DNA of 64,000 bases from positions 16,219 through 80,218 of the forward strand of contig NIVC01003728.1 in the NCBI GenBank assembly GCA_002269645.1, written 5' to 3'. Of this stretch, positions 1-12,800 are shown one piece after another. Position 1 is the stretch's first letter, and each line of letters begins with the position of its first letter. The translations under genes were made by a program, and so were the position numbers. The notes below the pieces were generated by a model. That model was not told the DNA's origin and ran no database searches. It saw only the letters and a program-made list of their open reading frames with translations. Source of the DNA: Macrostomum lignano. Lineage: Eukaryota.

Positions 1-1100
1 CAGGTTGCGTAGCACCTTACAGACCGTGTCGGTGGTGATGCTTGAAGTCGCGAAGACCTCCAGCCCCTTGCTGTGCAGATCCGTGATGACCAGTAGGAAT
101 CGTGACGACGCCGGCGCTGCCTGCAGTTCACCCACGATGTCGATGGCGATCTCTGTCTAGTGGCACTGGCAGGGGCTGCAGCGGAGCCGATCGCAGCTTG
201 AAATTTTTCTCCACAGTCTCGCAGGCGCCGCAGTCTCTGACGAACGTCTCGACGTCGGCGTCCATCCTCGGCCACAAGGTGAACTCGCGAAGCTGCTGCT
301 TGGTACGCACCGCCCTCGGATGTCCCGCATGCGCGGACTTCAGAAGCTCACGCCGCAGGTCCTGTGGGATGACGGCGCGGTCTTGGAAGGCCAGACAGGA
401 GCCGTCTTGCCAGGTGCTAAAATGCTCTCGGACTTTTAAGTACGGCTGCAACTCCGTGTCCTTGGCCAAACTCCAGTTGCCGGTGGGAACTCGCTGAATG
501 ACTTCGCGCAGGATCGTGTCCTCTGCTTTGGCCGTCGCTAGCCGCTGTGGCGTGACGATTCGGAGTCGAGGCATTGCGGTGTCTGGCAATTGGATGATGT
601 TCATGTCGGACCCGCAGCTCCACCTGGACAGCATGTCGGCCACCAAGTTGCGACTCCCCGGGAGGTAGCGCGCATGAAATTCGTACTGCTGAAATCGGTC
701 ACACATCGGTGAATGCGCAGCAGATTGCCGCTTTAAGCGCCTGGAAGGCTCGCTCGCATTCAGCTGTCCATTTGAACTCGGCATCGCCCTTGAGCAGAGG
801 CCTCAGCGGCGTTGTGACCTCGGCAAAGTGGGGCACGAACCGCATCAGATAGTTTGCCGATCCAAGGAACGCCTGCAGCTCCTTGCTCGTCGGCGCGCGC
901 AGCTCATTGAAAGCCTTGGTTTGAGACTCGGACGGCCGGATGCCCTCCGCCGAGAAGACAAAGCCGAAGAACTCTAATCTCGGTCTGCCGTAGCTCGCAC
1001 TTGTCCTTGTTGGCGGTGAGGCCGGCGTCCTCCAGTCGCTTCAGCAGAGCTCGCAGCATCGAGTCATATTCGGCCTCAGTTGCTCCGAAGACATCCAGTC
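1..1100 (-). mobile_element. Ty3/Gypsy LTR-retrotransposon pol fragment (RT C-terminus, internally deleted RNase H, integrase HHCC and start of core); decayed, runs off the window edge
   Basis: Minus-strand translation gives RT/thumb (FFGFVFSAEGIRP...LQAFLGSANYLMRFVPHFAEVTTPLRPLLK), the RNase H end (YLPGSRNLVADMLSR), the integrase zinc motif (HAGH...WPRMDADVETFVRDCGAC) and the core start (IAIDIVG...FLLVITDLHSK). Frameshifts occur near 990 and 140. Most of RNase H is missing at about 700-715. Confidence 0.9.
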
Positions 1101-1788
1101 AGTTGACCCATCAAGTTACGACACAACAAAAAGTATCTAATTAATTGAATGGGTAGATTCCAAGTGAACAGTGACAGACAATACAAAAAACAAGCACACT
1201 GACACACGCGTATTAATGGGTGCATTGAGAACAAATTACCAACAAGATCAAGCCACAAACAAGTCTCTAAAGTGGTATAATGTTCATAAATTTGTTCCTG
1301 ACATCAGCTGATTCATTTCGTGCAAATGTCATGGCTGCTACCAGTATAGTTCAGGGCTAAGCGATTTTCTTTGACAATTATTTCTTTAAATCAAAATCTT
1401 TTTTAAATTTCAAGGCAATTGTTTCTGCGCAGTGAAAGAAGTGTCTTGTGATCCATTGATAACCTTTTTCCAGTCTTACCGCGCTTAAATTTGTGTGAAA
1501 AATGAGACTGGCTCCGATAGCTAACGAAATTCAAATTTTATGCTGTTGTTGTTAATGCCAATTGAGTTTGCGTCATCGGCGCTGTCAGACTAAATACCAC
1601 TGAGTCACGCAATTAAAAAACGTATATGGTTTTTACTACCACACTCAGTTCCAAACCATAGGAGCCGTCGCAACGAATATAACCCAAAAATTATTTTCGG
1701 AGAGGCCAGAAATAAAATTTCAATTCTTTTCTGAATTTTCAAACTCATATTTTAAACGACGAATGCAGTAAATTTACTGCAAATTGTA

Positions 1789-4700
1789 ATGGCAAGTTGG
1801 GGTGAGTGTGCTTGTAGCATTCATATAATAATGGGCCGTTGTTACGGTCGAAAAGTAGTTTAAACCAAACAAAATAATTGGTCATTTTTAGCGCCCTGGA
1901 AATTCTTCGTAGTCCTGGTTGCCACTCAGGTGTGCTTGGGCAGCGGTGAAGTTAGCAGTAAGTTACACGTGAATATTTTTAAACGTCACAATCTTTAGCT
2001 TATTTTTTGTGACAGAAGGCACTGTAGCTGTAGGCTTTACTATAAGACTTCTTTATTATGGCAAACAGTTTTAAGACACAATAATACGTGTGCATGCACT
2101 TGTTCTTGAGTTGATTGCCACATTGTTATCATAGATATAGCGTCATTGTTAGCAAAACCCTGGAACCGTAGTGTTACAAACGCATCAAGGTACAAACAAT
2201 CTAGTAAAAATTCAACTAACTTAACTCGAGAAGGTACGAGAGAGGCATGAGAAAGAGTCCGCCGAGATTTTCCTGCAGGAGATTTGCCAGTCAGCTCTGA
2301 ATATCTACATGTAAGGGTTGTTACAGAGTGTTGCTCATGCAGGAGCGTCATCTACCCAGATAGTATTCCGTGTTTGAACGTGGCATCCATGAATATGTTG
2401 TTATACAAGTGTATTGTTGCGCTGCTGGCGCAAAATCTATCAAGTTGTTCTCACTTTTTGTTTCAGATTGTCCAATATTTCAACTTCTAAATGTTAGCAC
2501 TCATGGTGCCATTGAAAGCCACTCGAACACTGATGATTACCTGAGCAGTTTGGCCTGCACCTGGCAGATCAACGCTCCTAGAGGCAAGAAAATTGCGGCC
2601 TGGTTCGATTTTGTTCATCTCAGTCCAGGAAATTATTCGTCCGTGACCGTAATCGACGGAGAGAAAGGGTCGCGAGCGATTGGCAGAGTCGATGGGCGTG
2701 ACGGTCGACACTTCTTGTCGCCAAAGTACATCTCTACTGGAAACGTTTTGTTAATCTATTTTCAAAATCCTGAAAGTAAATTCAATAGCGGTTTTCGACT
2801 TCACTACGAGGTTTCGGAAAGCCGTAAGTTTGCTAACTTGGTTTGATCTGTTAGAGATCACCGGACAAAAGCTATTGGTCAAAACCTCTGGAAAAATGCT
2901 GTTAGAGCCTTGGGTTTGCTCATCTCCACTAAATTCCGCTCCTCCTGTGGATAGACAGCCTGTCCTGAAAAATCCTAACTGCTGATGTTTTTAGTGTATT
3001 AGGCGGAAGGGGATATGACTGGGTCAAAAATACTCTGTAGTACAGTTACTGCTTGCACCAATATTTATGGAGGGGTTTGCAGGATCTCCGAGGCTCTGGT
3101 GTCAGTCGCAGCAGTCTACTCCAAGAGGCAAGCGGACTGCTCGAACTTTTGCACAATCTCGGAAAACAGTGGCGAAATCGCGAGCCACTCCAACGGCTGC
3201 AGCCGCCAGCGCTACGGCAATAATTTGGTGTGCAGCTGGCGGATAGCTGTAGCCCGGGGCAAGAGGGTGATGGCCTGGTTTGCTTACGTCGACCTAGAAG
3301 AAGCTTTTGACTGGGTCGCCCTGCTGGACGGTGACGGCGACAGTAAGTCAGGGCTGGTCGTGAAAGTCAGCAAATCTGCAGCTGCCAGATTCCAGTCGCC
3401 GATTTACGTTTCAACCGGTAGCAAAATGCTGGTAAAGTTCAAATCCGACTCCAGCGTTTCAGGGTATGGATTCCGGATGCACTTCAAAACTACCGAGAGT
3501 AGTGAGTACAATTAAAAAATTTTAATCGAGAAAATATGCTTGTCTCTTGACGCTAGTTCAATAGACCCTGGAAAGACGGGACAGGCGGTTCCAAAAATAT
3601 TGATAAGCTATTTGACTGATTGACACAAGCAGGTTTTCATAGCTCTGTTTGCTTTTTAATCAAACAGCAAGGCAATTCTTGGTGCTCTTTGTTTATTTTT
3701 ATCAGCTTCAAACGGCTCGTGCCTGGAAAAGTCGTGGCTGGATGCAGGGCAGACAAGTGGCGTGATCTACAGCCACGGCCAAGTGGACACCGCTCCTTAT
3801 TCACCCAATATGAGCTGCTCCTGGACTCTGCCAGTAGTTTCGGATAGGTATATTCACCTGCTCGTGTTTAATCTGTCGATCGGATCGGGTGATGTGCTGA
3901 GTATGTACGGCCGCTGGAATGGAAGTTCATACAAGAGTTTAGACTTTCCCGGTTGGACTGCAAAGCGCGTACTTCAACTGTTCTCAACTGAGACGGTTAA
4001 AATTGACTTCAAGTCCGATGGCCTATTGGAGTCTACTGGTTTCGTCATACACTACCGATACGATGAGTGTAAGCGACTGCAAGGTCAAACTTGAGCCTTT
4101 GAATTTTGTTATTCTCTGAGTACCCTGCTGACTTGTCCTGAATCAAATTGACAGACTGTACCAGCAACAAGAGACTGACAGCTCCCAGTGGCCAAATTGA
4201 AGTTCATAGTGGAATCGGTTTCATTAAGCATGATTCAAGACGCCATCATCAAGACTGCAGGTGGACCATTGACCAGGCTGAAGGCAACCGCATCGCTATT
4301 CAGTTTGCAGAAATCAGTGTAGCCCCATGGTATTTTTTCATAACAGTACTGAATGCGTCAGGACATCAAGTGCTTTATCTGGACAATTCATCCAACTTGA
4401 CTGATATTTTGCATCGGAAAATCCATATAAATTCGAACCTAGTTGTCGTTGAATTCGTTTCTAACGACACTGATAGCACAGAAGCTGGCTTTAGACTTCT
4501 TTATAAAACGTCTGATCACTGTAAGAAGTCATTAAATTTCTTTTGTTTGTGTTGTTAAACATCGTAAAATAATGCACAGATTCTATTTCGCTTCCGTTTC
4601 AGTTTGCCACAACTTTCAAAATTTAACTGTTAAAAGTGATGGCGAAATTGAAAGCCACGCAGGTGCTGGAGCTACACGTCACCGACACAATACGACATGC

Positions 4701-7700
4701 ACGTGGCAGATCAACGCCCCAGTAGGCAAGAGAATCGCAGCCTGGTTTGTTTACGTAGACCTCGAGAAAACCTACGATACGGTCACTTTTTTCGACGGGA
4801 AAATCGGGTCTCTAAAGATTTCCAAAGTTAGCAGGCCTGCTTACACAAACTACAGCTGCGTGTCCCCGAAGTACATCTCCAGCGGCAATGTTTTATCAAT
4901 GTTCTTCTCCACTGATGTATCCGTGGCTAATACAGGATTTCGAATCCGATACGAGGTCATAGAAAGTCGTTAGTATTTTTTATTTCTTACGCTGTTTAAT
5001 GTAAAATGCCTATCATCACAAGCAAAAAATTCAAGAATCCCTACCCTCAGGGATGGTTTAGCTTTGTTGCCTTAAGTGTTAATGTCAATAATTATAATGA
5101 TGCCTACTAATGCCAAATTTTAGCGGCAAGCAAATCCTGCGGATACGTAATCTTCAACGACTCAACGAATCGAACCGGATCGATAACTAGTCACGCCTCC
5201 TTTGGAAAAACTCCCTATTCATCAAATATGTCGTGCGAGTGGATTTTGCCCGCCGTGAAGGGGCACTTCATCGAGGTGACTCTGAGGAACATGTCTCTTG
5301 GCGGTGGCGACTGCTTTTCGTTTAGCGACTACCAACGAGTCTGCGACTGGTATTGGCTCTGTAATCCATTTGCTTACTGGGCTAGCAACGCAAGCACTCT
5401 ACTACACATAAAGTTCCAGTCCGATATGCAGTTCGAATCGAATGGATTTCTGATAGAGTTTCAGTACACATCAGGTAAGTGGTGCGTTGTCGAATGTATG
5501 AACATTTTGCACCAGCAGACGTGGAAACGAGCGTATTTCCTCTTGGCCATAAATTTCTTTTTCCTCTCGTGAATAAGATATAGAACGTTAAAAACTAAAG
5601 CACCTCACATTTTTATTAGAACCTAAAACTCCTTCACCTCTTTCCAAATCTTTCAACGTAAAGACGTACTTAATTTTTCCTGATAAATTTGCCCTACAGT
5701 GTGCACTTCACTACAGTCGCAAACTTAAAAGCCAAAATAATTCAAGTTGAAGCCGAACTTGAGTAATTCTAATGAGTTTGCTCAATAAGAATCGATGCTC
5801 GTACCTGAAGGTACATTTTAAGAACAACATGTTAGCCAATTAAATTAACATTAACTTGTAATTTTAACTACAGAATAGTACAGGAAGCCATAGTCTCTTT
5901 TAAAGTCTTAGCCAATACGAAAGCGGTTTAAACAAAACCAATTAATAGAAAGCGAGAGACTGACTACCCCTAATGGCACAATCGCGAGCCACTCGGGACA
6001 CCGGATGGCGGCTGGCTACTGGATGAACATGCAGCGCAGCTGGCAGATTGTGGCACCGCTGGGCAGACAGATTTCTGCTTGGTTCACCAATTCATTCGTC
6101 AGCCTCGGCTCGATTAACGACACCGTCGTTCTGTACGACGGTTGGCGAAATCAACTGGCGCTGCTGAGAGGCGGATTCTCACCTGAAGCGATTAATTCGG
6201 CGAACAGAATTTTCAGGACGAGCTCGAATCGGATGCGGATCAGCTTTACCTCCGGGAATTTGCAGCATCCTCTCCATGCGCTAGGATTTGAGCTGGAGTA
6301 CACTTGGTCCGAGAGCTGTGAGTCATTGGAAGTGGCTACTCGCATACGTAAAGACTATTGTTATTGTTGGATAGCTATAATTTTTGTGTGTTCAACCCGA
6401 GTAAAGTCCCTCAGCAACAAATGAAAATATTGGATATGCTGAAACATTGTACGTATCCTGAACTCATTCCAGTCTGCCATGGATTCAAGCTGGTAACAGA
6501 AAGCAATGGCGAGTTGGTCAGCCACAGCGGTGCGGGTCGGTCGCGCTGCCTGAGCAACATGCGCTGCAGGTGGCAGATTTTGGCCCCACAGGGAACTCGA
6601 ATTCAGGCCAGATTCAGTTTCTTGAGCGTGGAGTCTGACTCCGATTCGTTAGTAATACATGACAATTACCCTTCTCAGCTGATATTCAGGTCGAGTCGCG
6701 GAAACAATGCCCCCGACTGGACTGTAGAGTCAAGTTCAAACTTCATGTTCGTGTCCTATCTCACTGGGAGTAGCTTTGGCGCCAGCCACACCTCTTCGCT
6801 GGGCTTCCGACTGAAGTACCAATATCAGGACGCTGGGGATCGTGAGTTCAAACGCTGAAGTGTACTAAAAATTCAACCATAGCCACATCAACTGCAGTTG
6901 GCAGCAAGCAGACGTTCAAAGATTGCATTACGAGCATCTAGCTTACATGTACTTTTCCCTTTGCCCTGTACAAAGTAAACTGACTGAAATAACTGCCACT
7001 TGTGGATACACCCATAAGTATTTTTCAATTTCGTCTAAAAGACACATGGTTGATTTTTAATGCCGTAGATATACGAGAGTATTGTTTGTTTTTTTCAGGG
7101 GTTATTGTAGAACAATATATCAAAACTGTAGGCGTTCAACAAGACGATGACAGGTGCAAATAATTGTTCTAAAAATTCAAATCCCAGACTGCAGCGGAGT
7201 ACGCATAATTAGGAATGAGTCGAAAGGAGAGATCTGCAGCCACACAAATGCCGGCAGAGAAATCTACGCGATACAGGCAAACTGCGAGTGGCAGGTTGTG
7301 GCGCCTAAAGGTCACAGGGTCGTTGTGCGATTCACCTACATGGGCGTGAGCGAGAAAGACCTGCTAGCGTATGTTAGAGTAAGCGATGGGAGCTATGCAT
7401 CCAAAGTGCTGGCTTTCATTGGCGGAGCAGCTCCTAATAGTACTAAAAATATCACCTCCACCGATTTGGTTTCATCTGGCAACTTGCTGCAATTGGAATT
7501 CAGGGCCAGAGCACATTCAAATACGCTGGGTTTCCGATTGAGGTTCGACACGACACGATGTTGTGAGTTGGAATGCCTTTTTACCTGATGTTTATTACAC
7601 TGCTTTATTCTCTGAGTACACATCATGGACACGCAAAAAGTAGATATGTACTAACTATACGCCCGACGCATTTCAGTCTGCCAGCGCTACCAGGTACTGC

Positions 7701-9502
7701 ATGGTAACAGCGGTGAGATCTTCAGCCACAGTGAAGTTGGGGTCAGGCCCTATCTGGACAACATGCTCTGCGAATGGCTGCTAGTTGCCAAACTCGAGGC
7801 TATAAATTATGCGCTCAGATCTCTTACGCTAGCCTGCAGTCCGCTAACGACACTGTGACGCTGCTGCACGGAAATAATGGCACGCTGATAACTGCTGTGA
7901 AAGGTGGGACCGCGTCGGCAGGGCATCACAGACCGACGATATTTTGCGCAACATCCGGCACTATGGCTGTGATTTTCTCTACCGATGGCTCCGGAAGGGC
8001 GTTAGGATTTCGACTCCGATACGAAGCCTTTGCCCAATGGGATTCGCGTAAGTCTAATTGTTATATGGTCACTGTGGCTGTAGCTCTGCGAGTGACCGTT
8101 TTTGAAATAATAAAACAGATAGCATATTGATCGAACAAATGAAGTTACATTTTAATCCACAATAAAAAGCGAAAATAAACTATTATTCTCTTTCTTTGAA
8201 AAACAACTTATCAATATTTCTAGAATATACAAAACAAAAGAATGGCTTCGCACCGTACAATATCTTCATATGCTTCGACATACACATTTCCAGCATCATT
8301 GGATCATTTCACAACGCGAGAATACAGTGCGGATCCGTTTACTACATCTTCTCTGGCAGTGAGGAGTACGATTGCAAGTGAGACTGAAAGTACAAGAGTC
8401 AATGAATTTCCAAATGGAAGTGCGAGTACAAGTTGGAGTTCAACAATTGCGAATACAACTCCAAAAAACATTTCTGTTTCTCCATTGGCTAAACAGAGTG
8501 GTAATTATTATTTATCATGTAGCTTTCATGATAAAAAGTGTGTCAAGTCGTACAGTGGTATGGCCTTAAAGTTTAATACCGTTTTGCAGTCGACGCGAAC
8601 GAATCGTCTGCCCTAAAAGTTTCGCTGAGTACTTTGTCGGCCATTTTTCTCGTCGTTTCGGCTGCTGTTGTGGCGGTGGTGATATATAAGGTACGTAAAG
8701 GTTTGCCAAACCGTATTTTAAACAAAAACACGTTGCTTTACTTGCGAAGCTTCTCAGAGCGGAACCCTCTAACTTGATTCACTTCAGCGCAAATTTGGAT
8801 TGAATATCAGACGAAAACCCTTCATCAGCCGTTTCACTTCTGGTTCCAGACGTTTGGACGAGGTGAGGCAGACCTTGAGAAGTTACTTGATATCCCATAA
8901 GAGTTCAACCACACAAAATTTAGTATCTGCGGTAGCCACTGTCGAGTTTTGCCGCCGAACTCTACTTTCATAACAGATCTGTTTGTTGGTCAAATAAATT
9001 CAAATTATATACTCAAATTTATTGTCCAGAGATCAGGAAACAGAGACTATCAGCATTCATTCCGACCGATATGACCTGCAGCAACTGTCGGTCTATCTCA
9101 GTTTTCACGTTACAAGCATTGTTTCCTCTGAAAAAATCATAAAACTAAAATGCTATTAGCGAAAAAGTGACCCGAATATGGTTTAAAGGTATATTTAAAC
9201 GTAAATTTAGATATTTGTAGATACGTACGAGTATCTATAAGATTTACCAATATAAAAATAGTATTATAATAGTAATAATATATAATAATATAATATAGAT
9301 ACCTTAGATACCCAGCAATGATGTAATGGATTGATCATGTTTTAACCTTGAATGAGAGCAGAATTGCCATGTATTTTGAACACTAAGCAAGCGCTATTCG
9401 ATATGAAAACTTCATAATCATTTCTGTTTTTAGGAAGGCATTGTCAAATATTCGGGTACAAATTCTGTGGAGCTTCCTAACGAAGCCGAGCACGACTCAT
9501 AA
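1789..9502 (+). CDS. Multi-exon type I transmembrane protein: signal peptide, 10 tandem CUB domains, Ser/Thr-rich stalk, TM helix, short cytoplasmic tail (cubilin-like CUB array); one frameshift in CUB10
   Basis: Manually spliced GT-AG exons: 1789-1801, 1892-1957 (MASWAPWKFFVVLVATQVCLGSG signal peptide); CUB exons 2467-2823, 3115-3501, 3706-4068, 4155-4520, 4603-4968, 5124-5474, 5949-6317, 6473-6841, 7188-7562, 7677-8047; stalk 8294-8500; TM 8590-8690 (LSTLSAIFLVVSAAVVAVVIYK); 8788-8862; 9434-9502 (TAA). All CUB exons are phase 1-1 with C-x-W-x-I and GF-x-x-x-Y motifs. The CUB2 acceptor and a possible extra tail exon near 9030 are uncertain. Confidence 0.85.
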
Positions 9503-9892
9503 TTTCATTGAGTCCTGCAGCCCAGCACCGGTTGAATTTGTTATTATAGACAAAGCTGGAGACTGCAGCCAGTCAGCAATATGCTTAAACAGACGTCTAG
9601 AATTGCACTTGTAGTATACTAATCAGACTGTTATGATTTATATAAGATTTCGTTTTGCTTCGAGAAGCGAAATTTAAGTAATCAACTCATTTTACTTCCA
9701 CCTTTATGCTAATCATTGGAACTGTTTTTGTTTAAATTTCGTGTTACGTACAGAGCTTTAATTAGCTTGTTACAGGTAATGAATTCAAGGCTTCCCTGAT
9801 TAATCATACTCTAAATTAACTTTCAAATTGAGTTTTGAGAGACATTGAAATTAGAAACTCATTTTATATGCAATACAATTTATTGGCTATAC

Positions 9893-12800
9893 CAGTGGCG
9901 GATCCAGGATTTCTTAAGTGGGGTGGCGGATATGCGAGTACAGAAACTAGAAACTAAGTAATCCCAATCCATCTATCTTTCATCTATGCTCAATACAAGA
10001 TCTTGAGAGGATATATCAATTTTTGCATACATTTTAATGCCTAGAGTGGTGCAAATGACTCTGACACATGAGGGTAGTAGTAGAAGTTGGCTCGGGTCTC
10101 GGGAAGAACTAACCCGTTTTGGTCAATATTGACAATTATATTTAGTGAGTTATCAAGGCTTCATTTAAAAGAAAGTCAATGACAATGTGAGAAGACCAAC
10201 ACTATAATATTTTAATTTGAAATTTGAATAGAATGTACGTGTTGCAGTGAGACGCGAATAAGCAATCGTTAGTAGCAAATAGAGCGTAGAAGAATGGAAA
10301 TTGGAATTAACGAATTGGAATCACTTAATTGAAGCAGGCACGGCGATTGACATCCTTTGACAGAAACTTCTCCACAGTTGCAGATATTGTACTTGCAGTA
10401 TTACAAATCATGTCCTTGTGGATGAAGGCCAATGCCAGTCCATTCAGCCGCTCTTCTCCCATGGTGCTGCGCAAGTAATTCTTTAGAAACTTCAGCGAAG
10501 AGAAGGATCTTTCTCCAGTGGCAGTGGAGACAGGCAGCGTTGCGTAAATGTTCAAGAGAGTGCTGATGTTGGGAAACAGGCTATGGTCGCAATCCAAGAT
10601 TGTCTTAGTCAAAGTTGTGGGCCATTTCTGTGGATCCTCCCTTTGCCAGAGTCGCATCCACTGGTTAAATTCTGCTTCAACCTCCTCTTGCTCCTGGCTT
10701 GGCAGAACTGAAGCAAAGTGCTGCATTGATGGCTTGAGCTGAATGAATGGATTTGCATGCTTCTTGGCTGTTGCTGGGATAAGGGCACTGAGTCCAGAAG
10801 CAACGTCAGAAAGGCGTGCAAATCGGTCTTGCAGGTTGACCAGTAGTCCATCCAAGAAGGGAACAAAGATTGTCAAACGCCAGTAGTCCTTGGGATCAGT
10901 AGTAGGAAGATTGGCACGATTCGTTTGACGCGCAACTCGCCTAGGAGGAGTCAAGTCGATTTCAATTGCCTCTGCAGTCTCTAGAATCTTCTCCCAGAGC
11001 TCACTGAACTTCTCTGCAGACTCTTCCCGCCACTTCTGCAGTTGCTCTTGCACATCCGCAATTAGAAACCTGGCGCTTAGCAAATCTATTGCACACTTCT
11101 GGAGAGCTTCTGCCAATCCCTTGGTGAGAGTCAAAGTTACATCCAGAACCACGATTGATACCAGAAACTCTGCGTCCATCGAATTAAGCAGAGCTTTTGC
11201 ATTTCTGGATGCTTCTGGGTTGGAATGCTCGCGAACTTCTTCAAGAGCTTGCACGATTGGTATCAGTAGATGTCTTGTTGTTAGAACCGCATCGTGTCTT
11301 TCAATCCAGCGAGTGTCGCATAGGTTCTTCACTCGACGGGTATTGGCCTGATGGTTCTGTGACTTCACTATGTCCTCCAGACACTTCACTCTCTGAGCAG
11401 AACTGTTGAAGAACTTCGCCAGCTCTTGGATGTTTCCCCACGTATTTCTGATGCCAGGGACTTCGCTGCTCTTGCTGATGACCAGATTGAGTTGATGCGC
11501 AGCACAATGAATGTAGATGGCGATGGGGTGCTCTTCTCTGATTATTGCTTGAGCTCCCTTGAACTTGCCGCTCATCGCACTGGCACCATCAAATCCCAAT
11601 CCCACCAGCCGCCCTTCCAAGGGAATGCCGAGAGTGACGAACTGGGACAGAATGTTCCTCGCAAGTCCCGCTCCAGTCATGTCCTCTGCAATGGTGAATC
11701 CCAGAAAGTCTTCACAAATTGCTCCATCAAACACATAGCGAACACATACTGTCAGCTGCTCCTTTGTGGCCTGGTCTGTTGTTTCATCAGCCAGGATGGA
11801 CACAAACTGTGCATTGTTTATCCGCTCCTTCAGGCGGTCCAGAATCACTTCTCCAATGCACTCGATCAGCTCATTCTGAATCGTCTTGCTGGTGTACTTA
11901 GCGTTGCCGGGTCCAGAGCGCAGATGCTCCTCTAGCCTCTTGTCTCCTGTGTCCACCATTGCTCGCAGGATCTCTCGAAAGAGACCATCATTCTGGCCAG
12001 GTCGGTCGGCAGTCTCTAGCACACCATGATCGTCTCGGTGTCCCCTGAGAGCAGAGCCACTCCTTCCACAGACTAGGATGGCACGCACAATGGAGCTGAG
12101 GATATGCCTGTTCTTTGCAATCTGCTCCTGCCTCTGTGTTGCCAATCGACTGTCAATGTGCTGTTCTGGCACCATTCGCTTGAACTCCTGTGCTCTCAGT
12201 ACATTGTCTTTGTGGTAGTTGGTATGCTCGTGAGCGCAGAGATAGCCATCTGCTCCCAAGAGTCTTGCGTACTTTTGCAACGGCTCATGAACTAGTCTTC
12301 CCAATTGGTGACCTTGTTGCCCTTGCTGAGTACCAAATAGCACACAAACTTTGCAGAACAAGCCACTCTTTACATGTGAGTATGCTAACCAGGGTTTGTC
12401 GGCTAGATGACTGTGCCTCAGGAATCTCTTTTCTATTTTGCCCTTTGTCTTTCGCTCTTCAAATGGCATTGGGTAGGAACTGGGGGGCTCCCACGTTTGC
12501 GTCAGGAAGGCTATCTTAGTGGCACTGTCAGCAGCAGGATCGAATAGACCTATGTCAAAGTCAGACAACTTGCTCACTTGTACTTCATTGGCTTCTCTGG
12601 TATCTCCATTGAACTCGGCATCGCATTCAGAGGTGCCGGCTTCAGCTTCGTCTGAATTACGAGTACAAGTTGTAGCAAATTGTTCCGAAACAGCAACAGC
12701 AGAAGAACTAGGTCTCTCAGCAGTGGCAGCAGCAGCAGGAGCAGCAGAAGAAGAAATGAATCGGATCTCAGCAGCAGTAGAAGCAGCAGATAACTTTGCA

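Noticed and set aside
8196-8293. Apparent second frameshift at the CUB-gene stalk exon
   Set aside because: The in-phase acceptor at 8292-8293 (TTTCCAG) gives a 207-nt phase 1-1 exon, so no frameshift is needed.
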